Below, one piece after another: positions 29,841 through 39,400 of a DNA stretch of 60,776 nucleotides (positions are counted from its first letter, which is position 1; every line of letters begins with the position of its first letter). The position numbers were made by a program, and so were the translations under genes. The stretch is from an uncultured archaeon (GTDB lineage: Archaea > Asgardarchaeota > Lokiarchaeia > Sigyniarchaeales > SOKP01), in assembly GCA_964388035.1 (NCBI GenBank), contig CAYLZE010000017.1, positions 1 through 60,776 on the forward strand. The letters run 5' to 3'. The notes beneath the pieces were generated by a model. That model made no database searches, was not told where the DNA came from, and was given only the letters and a program-made list of their open reading frames with translations.

Positions 29841-30980
29841 ATGAATGGTATGGATAGTAAAACTTCAAAAATTTATTCTTCTGGCCCGATCATAGATAGT
29901 TTATCTCATGGTCCCATGATTTGGAGCCAAGATCTCATGGATGAGGCAAATAAAATGCTCTCTCAAGACGTGGATCCTTGGAAAATTGTGCAAGAAATTA
30001 TTTTAATGCTCGCAAATAAAGTAGTTCACGATGAGCCCTATTATCAGCAATACAAGGAAGCGTGGAATCAATGCAAGGTAAATTGCGTGAGTTGGACTGT
30101 CGGACCCGTTCATGAAAAACCTTATACCTTTGAAGGAGTATTCCATAATTATGCTTTTCTGACCTACATGATTGAACATCGTCCTGATTTATTTTTAAAA
30201 GTATTGAAAGCAAGAGATATTGAAAGAGCCTACAAGGAAAACAAGAAAGGGATCATTATCAATCTTCAAAATTTAGAACCGATAGGATCAGACTTGGAAA
30301 TGCTCGAATTGTTCTACATGCTAGGGATACGTGTTGGACAGTTGACCCTCAATACAAAAAATCTAATTGGAACGGGCTCTATGGCTCTTAGAGACAGAGG
30401 TTTAACAGAATTTGGCAAAGAAGTAATAGATAGGATGAAAAAACTGGGAATAGTGGTCGATATCTCTCATTGCGGGCCTAAAACAAGCTTGGATGCTGCA
30501 GAATATGCAAGATTTCCCATAATGGCTACTCATACCTCTGCGAAATCCGTATATGACCATCCCAGAGCAAAGAATGATGAATTATTTAAAGCGATCGCAG
30601 AGAAACATGGTTATATCGGTGTGTTAATGATTCAGGGCTTTATAAGTAAGAGTTTACATCCCAAGATTAGTGAATGGTTAGATCACGTGGATTATTTGGT
30701 GGAGCTTGTGGGGGCAGATCATGTTGGAATCGGTAGCGATTTTTTCGGGTCCGATTTACCCATTCCCTTGGCACAGAGAATAGATCAATTTATGAGCAAA
30801 TTAGGAATGGGGCCAGAGCATGGTGGCTCGTTCGAATATAAATCAGAGGGATTTGATTCTTATACAAAGTTCCCGAATCTTATTGAGGGCTTAATTTCAA
30901 AAGGATATAGTGATTCAGAGATTCAGAAAATTGCGGGCGGGAATTTCTTGCGAGTATTTAAAACTATTGTTGGAGAATAA
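29841..30980 (+). CDS. Membrane dipeptidase (M19) family amidohydrolase, atypical subfamily
   Basis: DISH, ATH, HPR, GIGSDF and GGNFLRV motifs; the first-metal ligands are altered. Confidence 0.87.
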   Translation: MNGMDSKTSKIYSSGPIIDSLSHGPMIWSQDLMDEANKMLSQDVDPWKIVQEIILMLANKVVHDEPYYQQYKEAWNQCKVNCVSWTVGPVHEKPYTFEGVFHNYAFLTYMIEHRPDLFLKVLKARDIERAYKENKKGIIINLQNLEPIGSDLEMLELFYMLGIRVGQLTLNTKNLIGTGSMALRDRGLTEFGKEVIDRMKKLGIVVDISHCGPKTSLDAAEYARFPIMATHTSAKSVYDHPRAKNDELFKAIAEKHGYIGVLMIQGFISKSLHPKISEWLDHVDYLVELVGADHVGIGSDFFGSDLPIPLAQRIDQFMSKLGMGPEHGGSFEYKSEGFDSYTKFPNLIEGLISKGYSDSEIQKIAGGNFLRVFKTIVGE

Positions 30981-31203
30981 TTTCATTTTTTTTTATTATA
31001 CGAAACCTTCCACGTTTTTTAATTATTGAAAGAGATAAAGATATTTAATTTAATTATCGAATCATATCTTTTTTCCTTGAGAATATATCGAATAAAAAAT
31101 GGATAATCACATTTCGAAGAAAAATGATTAGGATATTAAACTTTATAAACAACCTTGTTGAAATATTAAATTAAGATCTTTAAATTTAAGAGGTTAAAAA
31201 ACA

Positions 31204-32607
31204 ATGGCAAGTAATTCAAACAGTGATATAGGAATAGTTAGACATTCTAGGTTAAACATAGCTTCATATAATACGGGACAGTATGTCATGGAATTCATTA
31301 ATGCCGTACAAGGATTCATGCTTTTTTATTTTTACGAAGCAGAAATCGGGTTAAATTCCGTACTTGTGGGGGTGGGACTAATAATTTACGCCGTTTGGGA
31401 TGCTTTGAATGATTTACTTATAGGGTATATCGTTGATCGGCCTTTTAGATTCACGAAGAAATGGGGCCGGAGATTCCCCTGGATGGTGGTCTTTTTTATT
31501 CCGATGTTGTTCACCTTTCTATTAATTTTCTCCCCCCCTCAAGTTAGTCCAACGGAACATCCATGGGAAATTTTTACTTGGCTCATTTTCAGTACCTGTC
31601 TTTTTGATACCGTGGAATCTTTCTTTTCAATCAATTACTATTCCATGTTTCCTTACAAGCTAAGAACTTCTCAAGAAAGGTTAACGTCGGCAAGTTTCTC
31701 CGTGTACATAAGCATGGTGGGCATCGTCTTTGGATTTATTATTCCGCCCATGATAATCGTGTTTGGTAATTTAGATTCCTTTGTTCTCATGGCGTGGCTT
31801 ACGGTGGTTCTTTGTCTCGTTCCATTTCCTTTACTCATTCCGGGTATTAGGGAAGAAAAACCGCTCATAAACAATTATCTCCAGAATTACAATAAGGATA
31901 AAAAGGAATCCTTCTTGGCAGCATTGAAGGACGTATTTCAAACAAAATCTTTTATATTCTACATGATTTTCGTTTTTACTTATCACGTATTAAATAGCAC
32001 TATTGAGGCTTCAATCGCATATTTTGTTCGTTTCGTATTACTTGAACCGGCAGATATAATGACATTTGTAATGGTATTCCTCTTGTTAGGTTCCCTAATT
32101 GCAGTTCCTTTCTGGTATCTTTATTCCAAAAAGGTACATAATTACCGCAGAACCATAATGTTAGCTGCTGTAGTAATGATAACCTTAGGTTTCCTGATGT
32201 CATTCGTATTTGACCTAACCAGCTTCATGATATTAGCTTTTATATATGGGCTGGGACTGGGAGGTTTCATATCTATCATGGACCCAGTACTATCAGATTG
32301 TATAGATGAATCGATTGTTAGAACCGGAAAGCGACGAGAGGGCTTTTTCCAATCAATGAATTTTCTGGAATCGAACTTATCACGAGTAGTACAAGCAGGC
32401 ATCTTAACCATCACTCATGAGTTAACGGGATTCGTCGAAGGTGCATCGGTTCAGCCCGAGTCTGCGATATTGGGAATCCGTCTTCATATGGGATTCATAC
32501 CAGCAATTATATTCTTGATTGGCTTCATAATCTTTTGGAAATTCTACTATATAACCCCAAAGAAATCAACGGAGATTAAAGAACAACTGATAGAACTCGG
32601 AATTTAA
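31204..32607 (+). CDS. MFS transporter, GPH family
   Basis: WDALND, WGRRFPW and SDCIDE...GKRREG motifs. Confidence 0.9.
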   Translation: MASNSNSDIGIVRHSRLNIASYNTGQYVMEFINAVQGFMLFYFYEAEIGLNSVLVGVGLIIYAVWDALNDLLIGYIVDRPFRFTKKWGRRFPWMVVFFIPMLFTFLLIFSPPQVSPTEHPWEIFTWLIFSTCLFDTVESFFSINYYSMFPYKLRTSQERLTSASFSVYISMVGIVFGFIIPPMIIVFGNLDSFVLMAWLTVVLCLVPFPLLIPGIREEKPLINNYLQNYNKDKKESFLAALKDVFQTKSFIFYMIFVFTYHVLNSTIEASIAYFVRFVLLEPADIMTFVMVFLLLGSLIAVPFWYLYSKKVHNYRRTIMLAAVVMITLGFLMSFVFDLTSFMILAFIYGLGLGGFISIMDPVLSDCIDESIVRTGKRREGFFQSMNFLESNLSRVVQAGILTITHELTGFVEGASVQPESAILGIRLHMGFIPAIIFLIGFIIFWKFYYITPKKSTEIKEQLIELGI

Positions 32608-32730
32608 TTGAATACTTAAATTAGGTGGAACAGTGCTCAGAAATAATAATAAAAATTTTCATTTATCATTTTTTTTTTAATTTTAATTACTTTTTATAAA
32701 ATCTTGAAAATATAAGCATAAATTCTCTAC

Positions 32731-33321
32731 TTATAGATAATTATAATCAGCAGTTTGTTCTGATAGTAAAATTAGGAAATCAGCCATTTCTTTTGCCCTT
32801 TTTTGTCCCATTTCTTTACCAGTTTTTGTTATTAATTTTTTAGGTAATGTTTTCTGAAAATTTCTAATCAATTTTATTGCAGAATTTAGATCGGGAGTCC
32901 AATCGTCTATTCCTATAATAGATAGTATCCGCGTAATTCCAATAATACCCATAAAATCTAAAGTATCGGCATCATGGAAAATTAGAGATTCAATTTGATT
33001 CGTAGGAATGGCATAATACATGTGAGTTTTGATTATTTCTTGAACTAATTTCACCTTTTCATTGGGAAAGCCTATTGAGTTCAGTAATTCTTCACACTTC
33101 TCAGCGGAAGTATCGGAATGATCGGTATTTATTTTTTTATAGGGGGTAAATGCCCCCATATCATGTAAATACGCGGCGACGAACAGTGCATCTTGGTCCA
33201 TGTTTACCCCTTCTTTTTCTCCTAAGAGCAATGACATTTCATATACTCTCGTGGAATGATTGAAACCCCAAGCGGGATGCTCAAATTTATTAGCAAATTC
33301 GATTAATTCATTTCTCCACAT
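32731..33321 (-). CDS. HD-domain phosphohydrolase
   Basis: H..RV, AYLHD, H and DADTLD motifs. Confidence 0.88.
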   Translation of the reverse strand: MWRNELIEFANKFEHPAWGFNHSTRVYEMSLLLGEKEGVNMDQDALFVAAYLHDMGAFTPYKKINTDHSDTSAEKCEELLNSIGFPNEKVKLVQEIIKTHMYYAIPTNQIESLIFHDADTLDFMGIIGITRILSIIGIDDWTPDLNSAIKLIRNFQKTLPKKLITKTGKEMGQKRAKEMADFLILLSEQTADYNYL

Positions 33322-33564
33322 AATACGAAATTGTATTTCAGTTGATCTTTATATTTATATTTAAAAATGAAATTAAAAATTTAAAAAAGAGTATTATTAG
33401 TACATATTTAAAAGTCAATTTATTGATAATTAACCAATTCACTTTTAATTCTTCTAATTAATTTTTTAATCCAGTTTATTGATTATATACTCAAAAAAAT
33501 CTTAAAGAATTGTGTATGTCATAATAAAGTTTTTGTAAATAATATTGCTGATTATGTATACTTT

Positions 33565-33586
33565 TTTTGTGCAAGAAATGATAAAA
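33565..33586 (+). promoter_or_regulatory. Candidate operator/BRE motif shared with the C45 promoters
   Basis: TTTTGTGCAAGAAATGATAAAA is 20/22 identical to 43252-43273 and is followed by TTTAAAAA. Confidence 0.45.
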
Positions 33587-33910
33587 TTTAAAAAGTACTC
33601 ATTCCAATATTATATTAAAATAAGAAAAAGATATCATTACAAGGTTCAAAGATTAACTTTATATAATTTTAAGCAACAATCACGAAATTTTGTAGGAAAA
33701 AAGGGACATTTTAAGAATTTGGATTAATCATTGTCAAGAAATAGACGTTTTTAATGGAAAAATTCTCTAGTACCTTGAGTTTTAAAATAACAATTCCTTC
33801 AATTTTTCATTATAAATTTCCCATTCGAATGATTATAAAACAATCTAATAGTGACATGAATCCTTGTAACGATAACTTCTAAATATCTAAAAAAAGATGG
33901 TAATAAAAAG

Positions 33911-35380
33911 ATGGTTGATTTAAAATGGTTAAATGCAGAAGAAATTAATTCATTAATTAATGGAGAATTATCAGAAACTGAGATCGAAGACGCCAAAAAG
34001 CATAGTCTGATTCCTTTATTTGATGAGATATATGAGGAAGCAAAAGAACCAGGATCCGTGTTTTATAAAATACGGGGCAAGAAGGAACCAATATTAGATT
34101 GTATTTCTCAAATGTATACCTTAAGTCTTGGTCATGCACCTTCTGAAATTAATCTGGCTGTTACAATGCAGGCAAAAAAATTGGTGCATGTGCGATCTTT
34201 TTCTCTTACCCCCGTTAGAGTTAGGTTCAATAATTTAATGGCAGAAATCGCTCCAGGAACACTAAAAGGGGGAAAAATATGTTCACAAAATATGGGTGGT
34301 GGAGGAGCACTTGAAGCCGCGATTCGATTAGCATATGCTAATATGGGATCAGGATATCGTGATCAGATAGTGACTTTCTATCGTGCATTTCATGGAACAA
34401 CTTTAGCAATGAAAGGATCTAGCATTCAACATGGAAATTTTATCCGTCATAAACCATTTGGAGTAGAAAAATGGACAAAAGCAATTTATCCTTATTGTTA
34501 TCGATGTCCATGGAAGTATAAAAATGGATTATATGGAGATCGTGATAAATCGTGTAATATGGAGTGCATAGATCTTGCAAAACAACAGATAGAATCCTAT
34601 CATGTGACTGGGGTTTTAGCCCTATTAGTTGAACTTATCCAAGGTCCTGGTGGAGATATCCCAATGCCTGTTGAATTTTTAGATGGAATAACAAAAATAT
34701 GTAAGGAAAATGATATAATTACAATCTACGATGAGAGCCAGACGGGATGTGGCAGGACAGGAAAATTGTGGGCTACTGATTTATATTTAGACCGCTCATC
34801 AATGGATATTTCTCCTGATATCATGGTAACTACAAAAGGAATTGCAGGAGGTTGGCCATTAGGAGTAACTATTGCTGGCCCAAGAATTAAAAATATTTTA
34901 AATATTTATGAAGAGCATAATACTTTTTCATCCATACCTACTAGTTTGGCAGCGGCTATTACAACACTAAAAATATTTGAAAAACACAATATCCCTTTAA
35001 ACGCTAAAAAGCAAGGAGAAAAAATTACAAAATTTCTTAGAGAGCTCCAAGAAGATATTCCTCAAATTGGAGATATAAGAGGACCAGGGCTTTTTCTTGG
35101 TGTAGAGTTAGTTAAAAATCAAGAGACACGAGAACCATTTACCGAATTAGCTGAAACCTTTCTTAAAACCGGAATAAAAAATAATACCATATTCGGTATA
35201 ATGTATCCTATCCAGCATAAACTTGGTAATATTAAAGAGCAAGAACCAATTTTAAAGTCGGGAGAATACATAAGAAATGTGGTTAAAATAAGACCTCCTT
35301 TGATAGTTAATGACGAAGAAACAGAGCTTATATGTCAAAGATTTGAGAAATCTCTAAAGGACGCTTTAAAAGAGTGTTAA
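33911..35380 (+). CDS. Class III PLP-dependent aminotransferase
   Basis: LGH, AFHG.T, ELIQG.GG, DESQTGCGRTG, TKGIAGG, IRG.GL and RPPL motifs. Confidence 0.92.
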   Translation: MVDLKWLNAEEINSLINGELSETEIEDAKKHSLIPLFDEIYEEAKEPGSVFYKIRGKKEPILDCISQMYTLSLGHAPSEINLAVTMQAKKLVHVRSFSLTPVRVRFNNLMAEIAPGTLKGGKICSQNMGGGGALEAAIRLAYANMGSGYRDQIVTFYRAFHGTTLAMKGSSIQHGNFIRHKPFGVEKWTKAIYPYCYRCPWKYKNGLYGDRDKSCNMECIDLAKQQIESYHVTGVLALLVELIQGPGGDIPMPVEFLDGITKICKENDIITIYDESQTGCGRTGKLWATDLYLDRSSMDISPDIMVTTKGIAGGWPLGVTIAGPRIKNILNIYEEHNTFSSIPTSLAAAITTLKIFEKHNIPLNAKKQGEKITKFLRELQEDIPQIGDIRGPGLFLGVELVKNQETREPFTELAETFLKTGIKNNTIFGIMYPIQHKLGNIKEQEPILKSGEYIRNVVKIRPPLIVNDEETELICQRFEKSLKDALKEC

Positions 35381-35459
35381 TAGAACTTTTAAAATCAGTA
35401 AGCAATTAAATATCACACTTTTTATTGAAAATTAAATAAAATTAAAGACAAAAAAGGAA

Positions 35460-36158
35460 TTGGAGATTGAGAAAAGTATGACAGAATTTATTTTTATGTT
35501 AACGTATGATGATGTCACGAAAAATGACGCTCTAGAAATATATGAGGAAGTTAGGCACATTTCAGATTTAAAGTTTATTGGATTTAAAAATATCGGGTTA
35601 GAGCTTGATGAATATAAAGAATTGGTAAAATTAATGAAAGAAGATAATAAATTTATTTTTCTTGAAGTTGTATCTGATTCAGAAGAATCATCTGTTGAAT
35701 CTGCAAAAATTGGACTTGAATTGGGTGTGGATTACTTAATAGGAACCATGAAACCTTATATTGATGCTACAATGCAGGTTATTAACGGACAAGATATTAA
35801 ATTTATGCCCTATATAGGGAATGTGGTTGATCATCCTTGCATATTAAAAGGGAGCATTGAAGATATACAGAAGGACGTTAAAGAAGTAGAATCAAAAGGA
35901 GTAGAAGGTCTAAATCTCTTAGCTTATAGACATAAAACAATTGATGGGGAAGAATTAATTAAAAAGATAATGATGTCCATGAAAACTAAATTAATCATAG
36001 CGGGTAGCATTAAAACTTCGGAACAAATAAAAAAAATGAAAGAATTAAACGTATGGGCATTTACGGTTGGAACTGCTGTCTTTGACAAAAAATTTGTTCC
36101 AGAAGGAAGTTATACAGAAAATATTGAATTAATTTTGAATTTAATTAAAAAAGCTTAA
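35460..36158 (+). CDS. Uncharacterised ribulose-phosphate-binding (beta/alpha)8-barrel protein
   Basis: FIFMLT, IGFK, FLEVV, AGSI and FTVGTA (C-terminal phosphate loops). Probable start is ATG 35478. Confidence 0.65.
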   Translation: MEIEKSMTEFIFMLTYDDVTKNDALEIYEEVRHISDLKFIGFKNIGLELDEYKELVKLMKEDNKFIFLEVVSDSEESSVESAKIGLELGVDYLIGTMKPYIDATMQVINGQDIKFMPYIGNVVDHPCILKGSIEDIQKDVKEVESKGVEGLNLLAYRHKTIDGEELIKKIMMSMKTKLIIAGSIKTSEQIKKMKELNVWAFTVGTAVFDKKFVPEGSYTENIELILNLIKKA

Positions 36159-36216
36159 TTTTTGATAATTTCCAGATATTAGAATAGTAAGAATATAAAA
36201 AAAGGAGGTAAAATTC

Positions 36217-36912
36217 ATGTCTCAAATAACTTTAATTAAAAAACAGGACACAAAAAATTGGTTTGATGGAGAAGAATTCATCCAATTATATCGTCAAGAT
36301 GATGTGATGAAATTTGGAACTTCTTATTTGAAAGCAGGAGATGTAGGTGATATTTGTCCAGGGCATAATCGTGGTAAAGAGGTTTTTTATTGTGCAATAG
36401 GAAACGTGATTGTTGAATTTACATATGAAAGCGTTGAGCTTTCAGCAGGGGATGCAGTTATAATTCCCGTCGATGAACCTCACACCTTAATAAATAATTT
36501 TAATGATCCAACTTTAATAGCATGGTCTTTAGCACCTCCAGATGACATTACAAAACCTCGGATTAAGGAAAAGACTAATGAAAGAAGGGAAATTGAAATA
36601 ATTAGAAAAGATAACGCTAAGGAATGGTATGAACAGGATGAATTATGTCATTCATATCGTAAAGATGAAATCATGCACTTTGGAACCTCATATATTGAAC
36701 CTGGAAAAGAAGGAGCTGTTGATCCAGGACATGAAAAAGGAAAAGAAGTATTTTTTTGCGCATTTGGTAAAGTGATTGTAGAATTTTCTAAAGAAAAGAT
36801 TGAACTTAATGCTGGAGATGCCGTAATAATTCCAAATAAGGAGCCACATAAGCTAATCAATAATTTTAATAAATCAACTCTAATAGTATGGTCATTAGTA
36901 CCTCCAGATTAA
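36217..36912 (+). CDS. Bicupin (internally duplicated cupin)
   Basis: Two repeats of FGTSY...PGH..GKEVF...AGDAVIIP..EPH.LINNFN..TLI.WSL.PPD. Confidence 0.85.
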   Translation: MSQITLIKKQDTKNWFDGEEFIQLYRQDDVMKFGTSYLKAGDVGDICPGHNRGKEVFYCAIGNVIVEFTYESVELSAGDAVIIPVDEPHTLINNFNDPTLIAWSLAPPDDITKPRIKEKTNERREIEIIRKDNAKEWYEQDELCHSYRKDEIMHFGTSYIEPGKEGAVDPGHEKGKEVFFCAFGKVIVEFSKEKIELNAGDAVIIPNKEPHKLINNFNKSTLIVWSLVPPD

Positions 36913-36927
36913 AACGAGGCGATTATT

Positions 36928-38466
36928 ATAGACGAATATATTTTAGCACTCGATGCAGGAACTACCGCTTCAAAAATTTCATTATTTAATGCAAAAGGTA
37001 AGTTAATTAGTATTTCGACACAAGAATATAATCTCCTAACTCCTACAGCATTATCAGTCGAACTTCCAATTGAAGAATTTTGGAAAGCTTTTACAATAGG
37101 TACACGAGAAGTTTTAAAACAATCTAAGATCGACCCAAAATCAATTAAAGCATTCAGCTTATCTGCTCAAGGAGAGACTTTTGTTATAATCGATGAAAAA
37201 GGAAAACCTTTAAGAAATGCTGTTTCTTGGATGGATAATCGAGCTCAAAAGGAAGCTGAAATACTTTCTAAGGAATTTCCAAATGAGGAAGTTTATAAGA
37301 AAACAGGTCAAGTTTCTATTGTCCCAACATGGCCCGCAGCAAAACTTTTATGGATAAAAAATAATGAACCAGAAATATATGGTAAAATCCACAAGATTTT
37401 ATTAATAGAAGATTATCTCATTTGGAGACTTACAGGACAATTTAATTGTGAAGGTTCATTAATTTGTTCTACAGTTTATTGGAACATATCAACTGAAAAA
37501 TGGTGGGATGAAATGCTTGATTATTTAAACATTTCTCACGATCAATTACCAGAAATAAAATATTCTGGAGAAGCAATAGGATATATTAAAGAAGATGTCG
37601 CTAAAGATATAGGACTTTCTTCAAAAACAATTGTTTCTATGGGCGCTCTTGATCAAGTTTGTGGAACAATTGGAGTTGGGAATGTAAAAGCTGGAATTTT
37701 TACAGAAAATACTGGAGCTGCACTAGCAATTTGTGTCACTCAAGATCAAACTTTACCGATATTTGATCCATTGGGGAGAATACCAGTACATTATCATGGA
37801 TTACCGAAAAGGTACATGTTTCACACTTTTACAACAGGGGGCATGGTATTTCGGTGGTATAGAGATAAATTCTGCCTTGAAGAATTGAGAGCATCTAAGC
37901 AAAAGGGCATTGACGCTTATGATTTAATCGCGGAGCAAGTTAAGAATATACCCGCAGGAAGTGAAGATTTAGTAATGTTACCTCATTTACAAGGTGCTAT
38001 GGCTCCAGAAAATAATCCAAATGCTCGAGGTGTTTTCTATGGCTTTACTCTCAAACATGGAAAGGCTCATTTTGCCAGAGCTATAATGGAATCGATAGCT
38101 TTTATTCTTAGGAGGAATTTGGAGATAATTGAAGACTTAAAAATACATGTTAACGAGATTCGAGTGTTAGGAGGGGGGGCTCGAAGTGATATATGGAATC
38201 AAATAAAAGCAGATATCACAGGAAAAATTATTGTAAGGACGGACAATGAAGAGGCAGCCTGTTTAGGAGCGGCTATATTTGCAGGGAAAGGTATTGGAAT
38301 CTATTCAAGCATCGAAGAGGCTTCAAATCAAATGGTTTCTATTAAAAAAAGATATGAGCCAAATGAATCAAACAGTGAAATATATAATAATTCTTATCAG
38401 AAATATCTTAACTTATATAATGATTTATGTAAGCTCTTTTCTTTAGAAAAATCTATAATTAAATAA
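36928..38466 (+). CDS. FGGY-family carbohydrate kinase (probable ATA start; ORF track truncates it at 37231)
   Basis: The frame is open from 36913 and encodes YILALDAGTT and SAQGE upstream of ATG 37231. SD-like GAGGCGA at 36916-36922. PHLQG and GGGARS lie downstream. Confidence 0.88.
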   Translation: MDEYILALDAGTTASKISLFNAKGKLISISTQEYNLLTPTALSVELPIEEFWKAFTIGTREVLKQSKIDPKSIKAFSLSAQGETFVIIDEKGKPLRNAVSWMDNRAQKEAEILSKEFPNEEVYKKTGQVSIVPTWPAAKLLWIKNNEPEIYGKIHKILLIEDYLIWRLTGQFNCEGSLICSTVYWNISTEKWWDEMLDYLNISHDQLPEIKYSGEAIGYIKEDVAKDIGLSSKTIVSMGALDQVCGTIGVGNVKAGIFTENTGAALAICVTQDQTLPIFDPLGRIPVHYHGLPKRYMFHTFTTGGMVFRWYRDKFCLEELRASKQKGIDAYDLIAEQVKNIPAGSEDLVMLPHLQGAMAPENNPNARGVFYGFTLKHGKAHFARAIMESIAFILRRNLEIIEDLKIHVNEIRVLGGGARSDIWNQIKADITGKIIVRTDNEEAACLGAAIFAGKGIGIYSSIEEASNQMVSIKKRYEPNESNSEIYNNSYQKYLNLYNDLCKLFSLEKSIIK

Positions 38467-38594
38467 AATATTTATACAAATTCTGTAAAGCACAACAACA
38501 GATTTAAGTAAAATGGCATTGAGAACCTTTATTTAGAAAGAATAGAAAAAAAAGTTGAATAAAGAATGTAATAACATTCTCTATATTCTTTTGT

Positions 38595-39329
38595 TTAAGT
38601 TTTTTTAGTTAACCATTTCATTAACCAACCAGGTAAGAAAAATCCAAAATAGTATTCAATAGCACCAATTATTAATATAATACTAGTAATAAAATTCATA
38701 TAAAAAACAACTAGAATACCATATTGGCTATAGTCAATAAGTTCTATTATAGCCCCTATTATAATAAATATATATGCAAATAGCAAAAATCTTCCTTTCC
38801 AGCGTATTTTAACGTCATCTGATTTAAGAGATGCTTTTGAAAAAAGAAATCCCGTGATTAACATTGTAATTAATGCTATATAGTAAAACATCTCAAAAAG
38901 GAAAAAGTTAAGGGTTACATTAACCATATCTTGTCTTTCCGGATAAAGCAAAACAATGAAAATCAATACTGCATCAAGAATTATAGCAATAACTAAATAA
39001 GGAATGACGAGTGTTTTTGTTTTCATAGGATAGATTAATTTACTAAATGAATATATCCAAAAAACGAGACCTGGTAGAACAAAAGCTGTTTTTATAAACA
39101 TTTGGAACGCAAAATTTAAAGGAATATTCAATGCTTCTACTATAATTCTATATACGATCCCCCACCAAATAGTTGAGAAGCAAATCCATGCTATTCCAGT
39201 TGTTATACATATTTTCTCCTTTAATTGGAAATATTTGGAGATAAGTTTAAGTCCAACTAAAATGAAAGTAATTACACACAGAAGAAAAAAAATATTTCCA
39301 ATAAAGGTTAATTCTGGTTCAAATTCCAC
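38595..39329 (-). CDS. Stand-alone 7-TM membrane protein (paralogue of 28974-29717)
   Basis: Seven hydrophobic segments; GIAW, SLKS...IRWKGRFLLFA and EYYFGFFLPG motifs. Confidence 0.7.
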   Translation of the reverse strand: MEFEPELTFIGNIFFLLCVITFILVGLKLISKYFQLKEKICITTGIAWICFSTIWWGIVYRIIVEALNIPLNFAFQMFIKTAFVLPGLVFWIYSFSKLIYPMKTKTLVIPYLVIAIILDAVLIFIVLLYPERQDMVNVTLNFFLFEMFYYIALITMLITGFLFSKASLKSDDVKIRWKGRFLLFAYIFIIIGAIIELIDYSQYGILVVFYMNFITSIILIIGAIEYYFGFFLPGWLMKWLTKKT

Positions 39330-39400
39330 TTTTTAATTCAACTCTTTTAAATTTCATTTTAAATTTTTATATCAAAAATCAAAAAAGTAATTTTTTATTA

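Noticed and set aside
33545-33996. Short ORFs 33545-33727 and 33799-33996 (likewise 49556-49744)
   Set aside because: AT-rich intergenic or antisense frames with no motifs.
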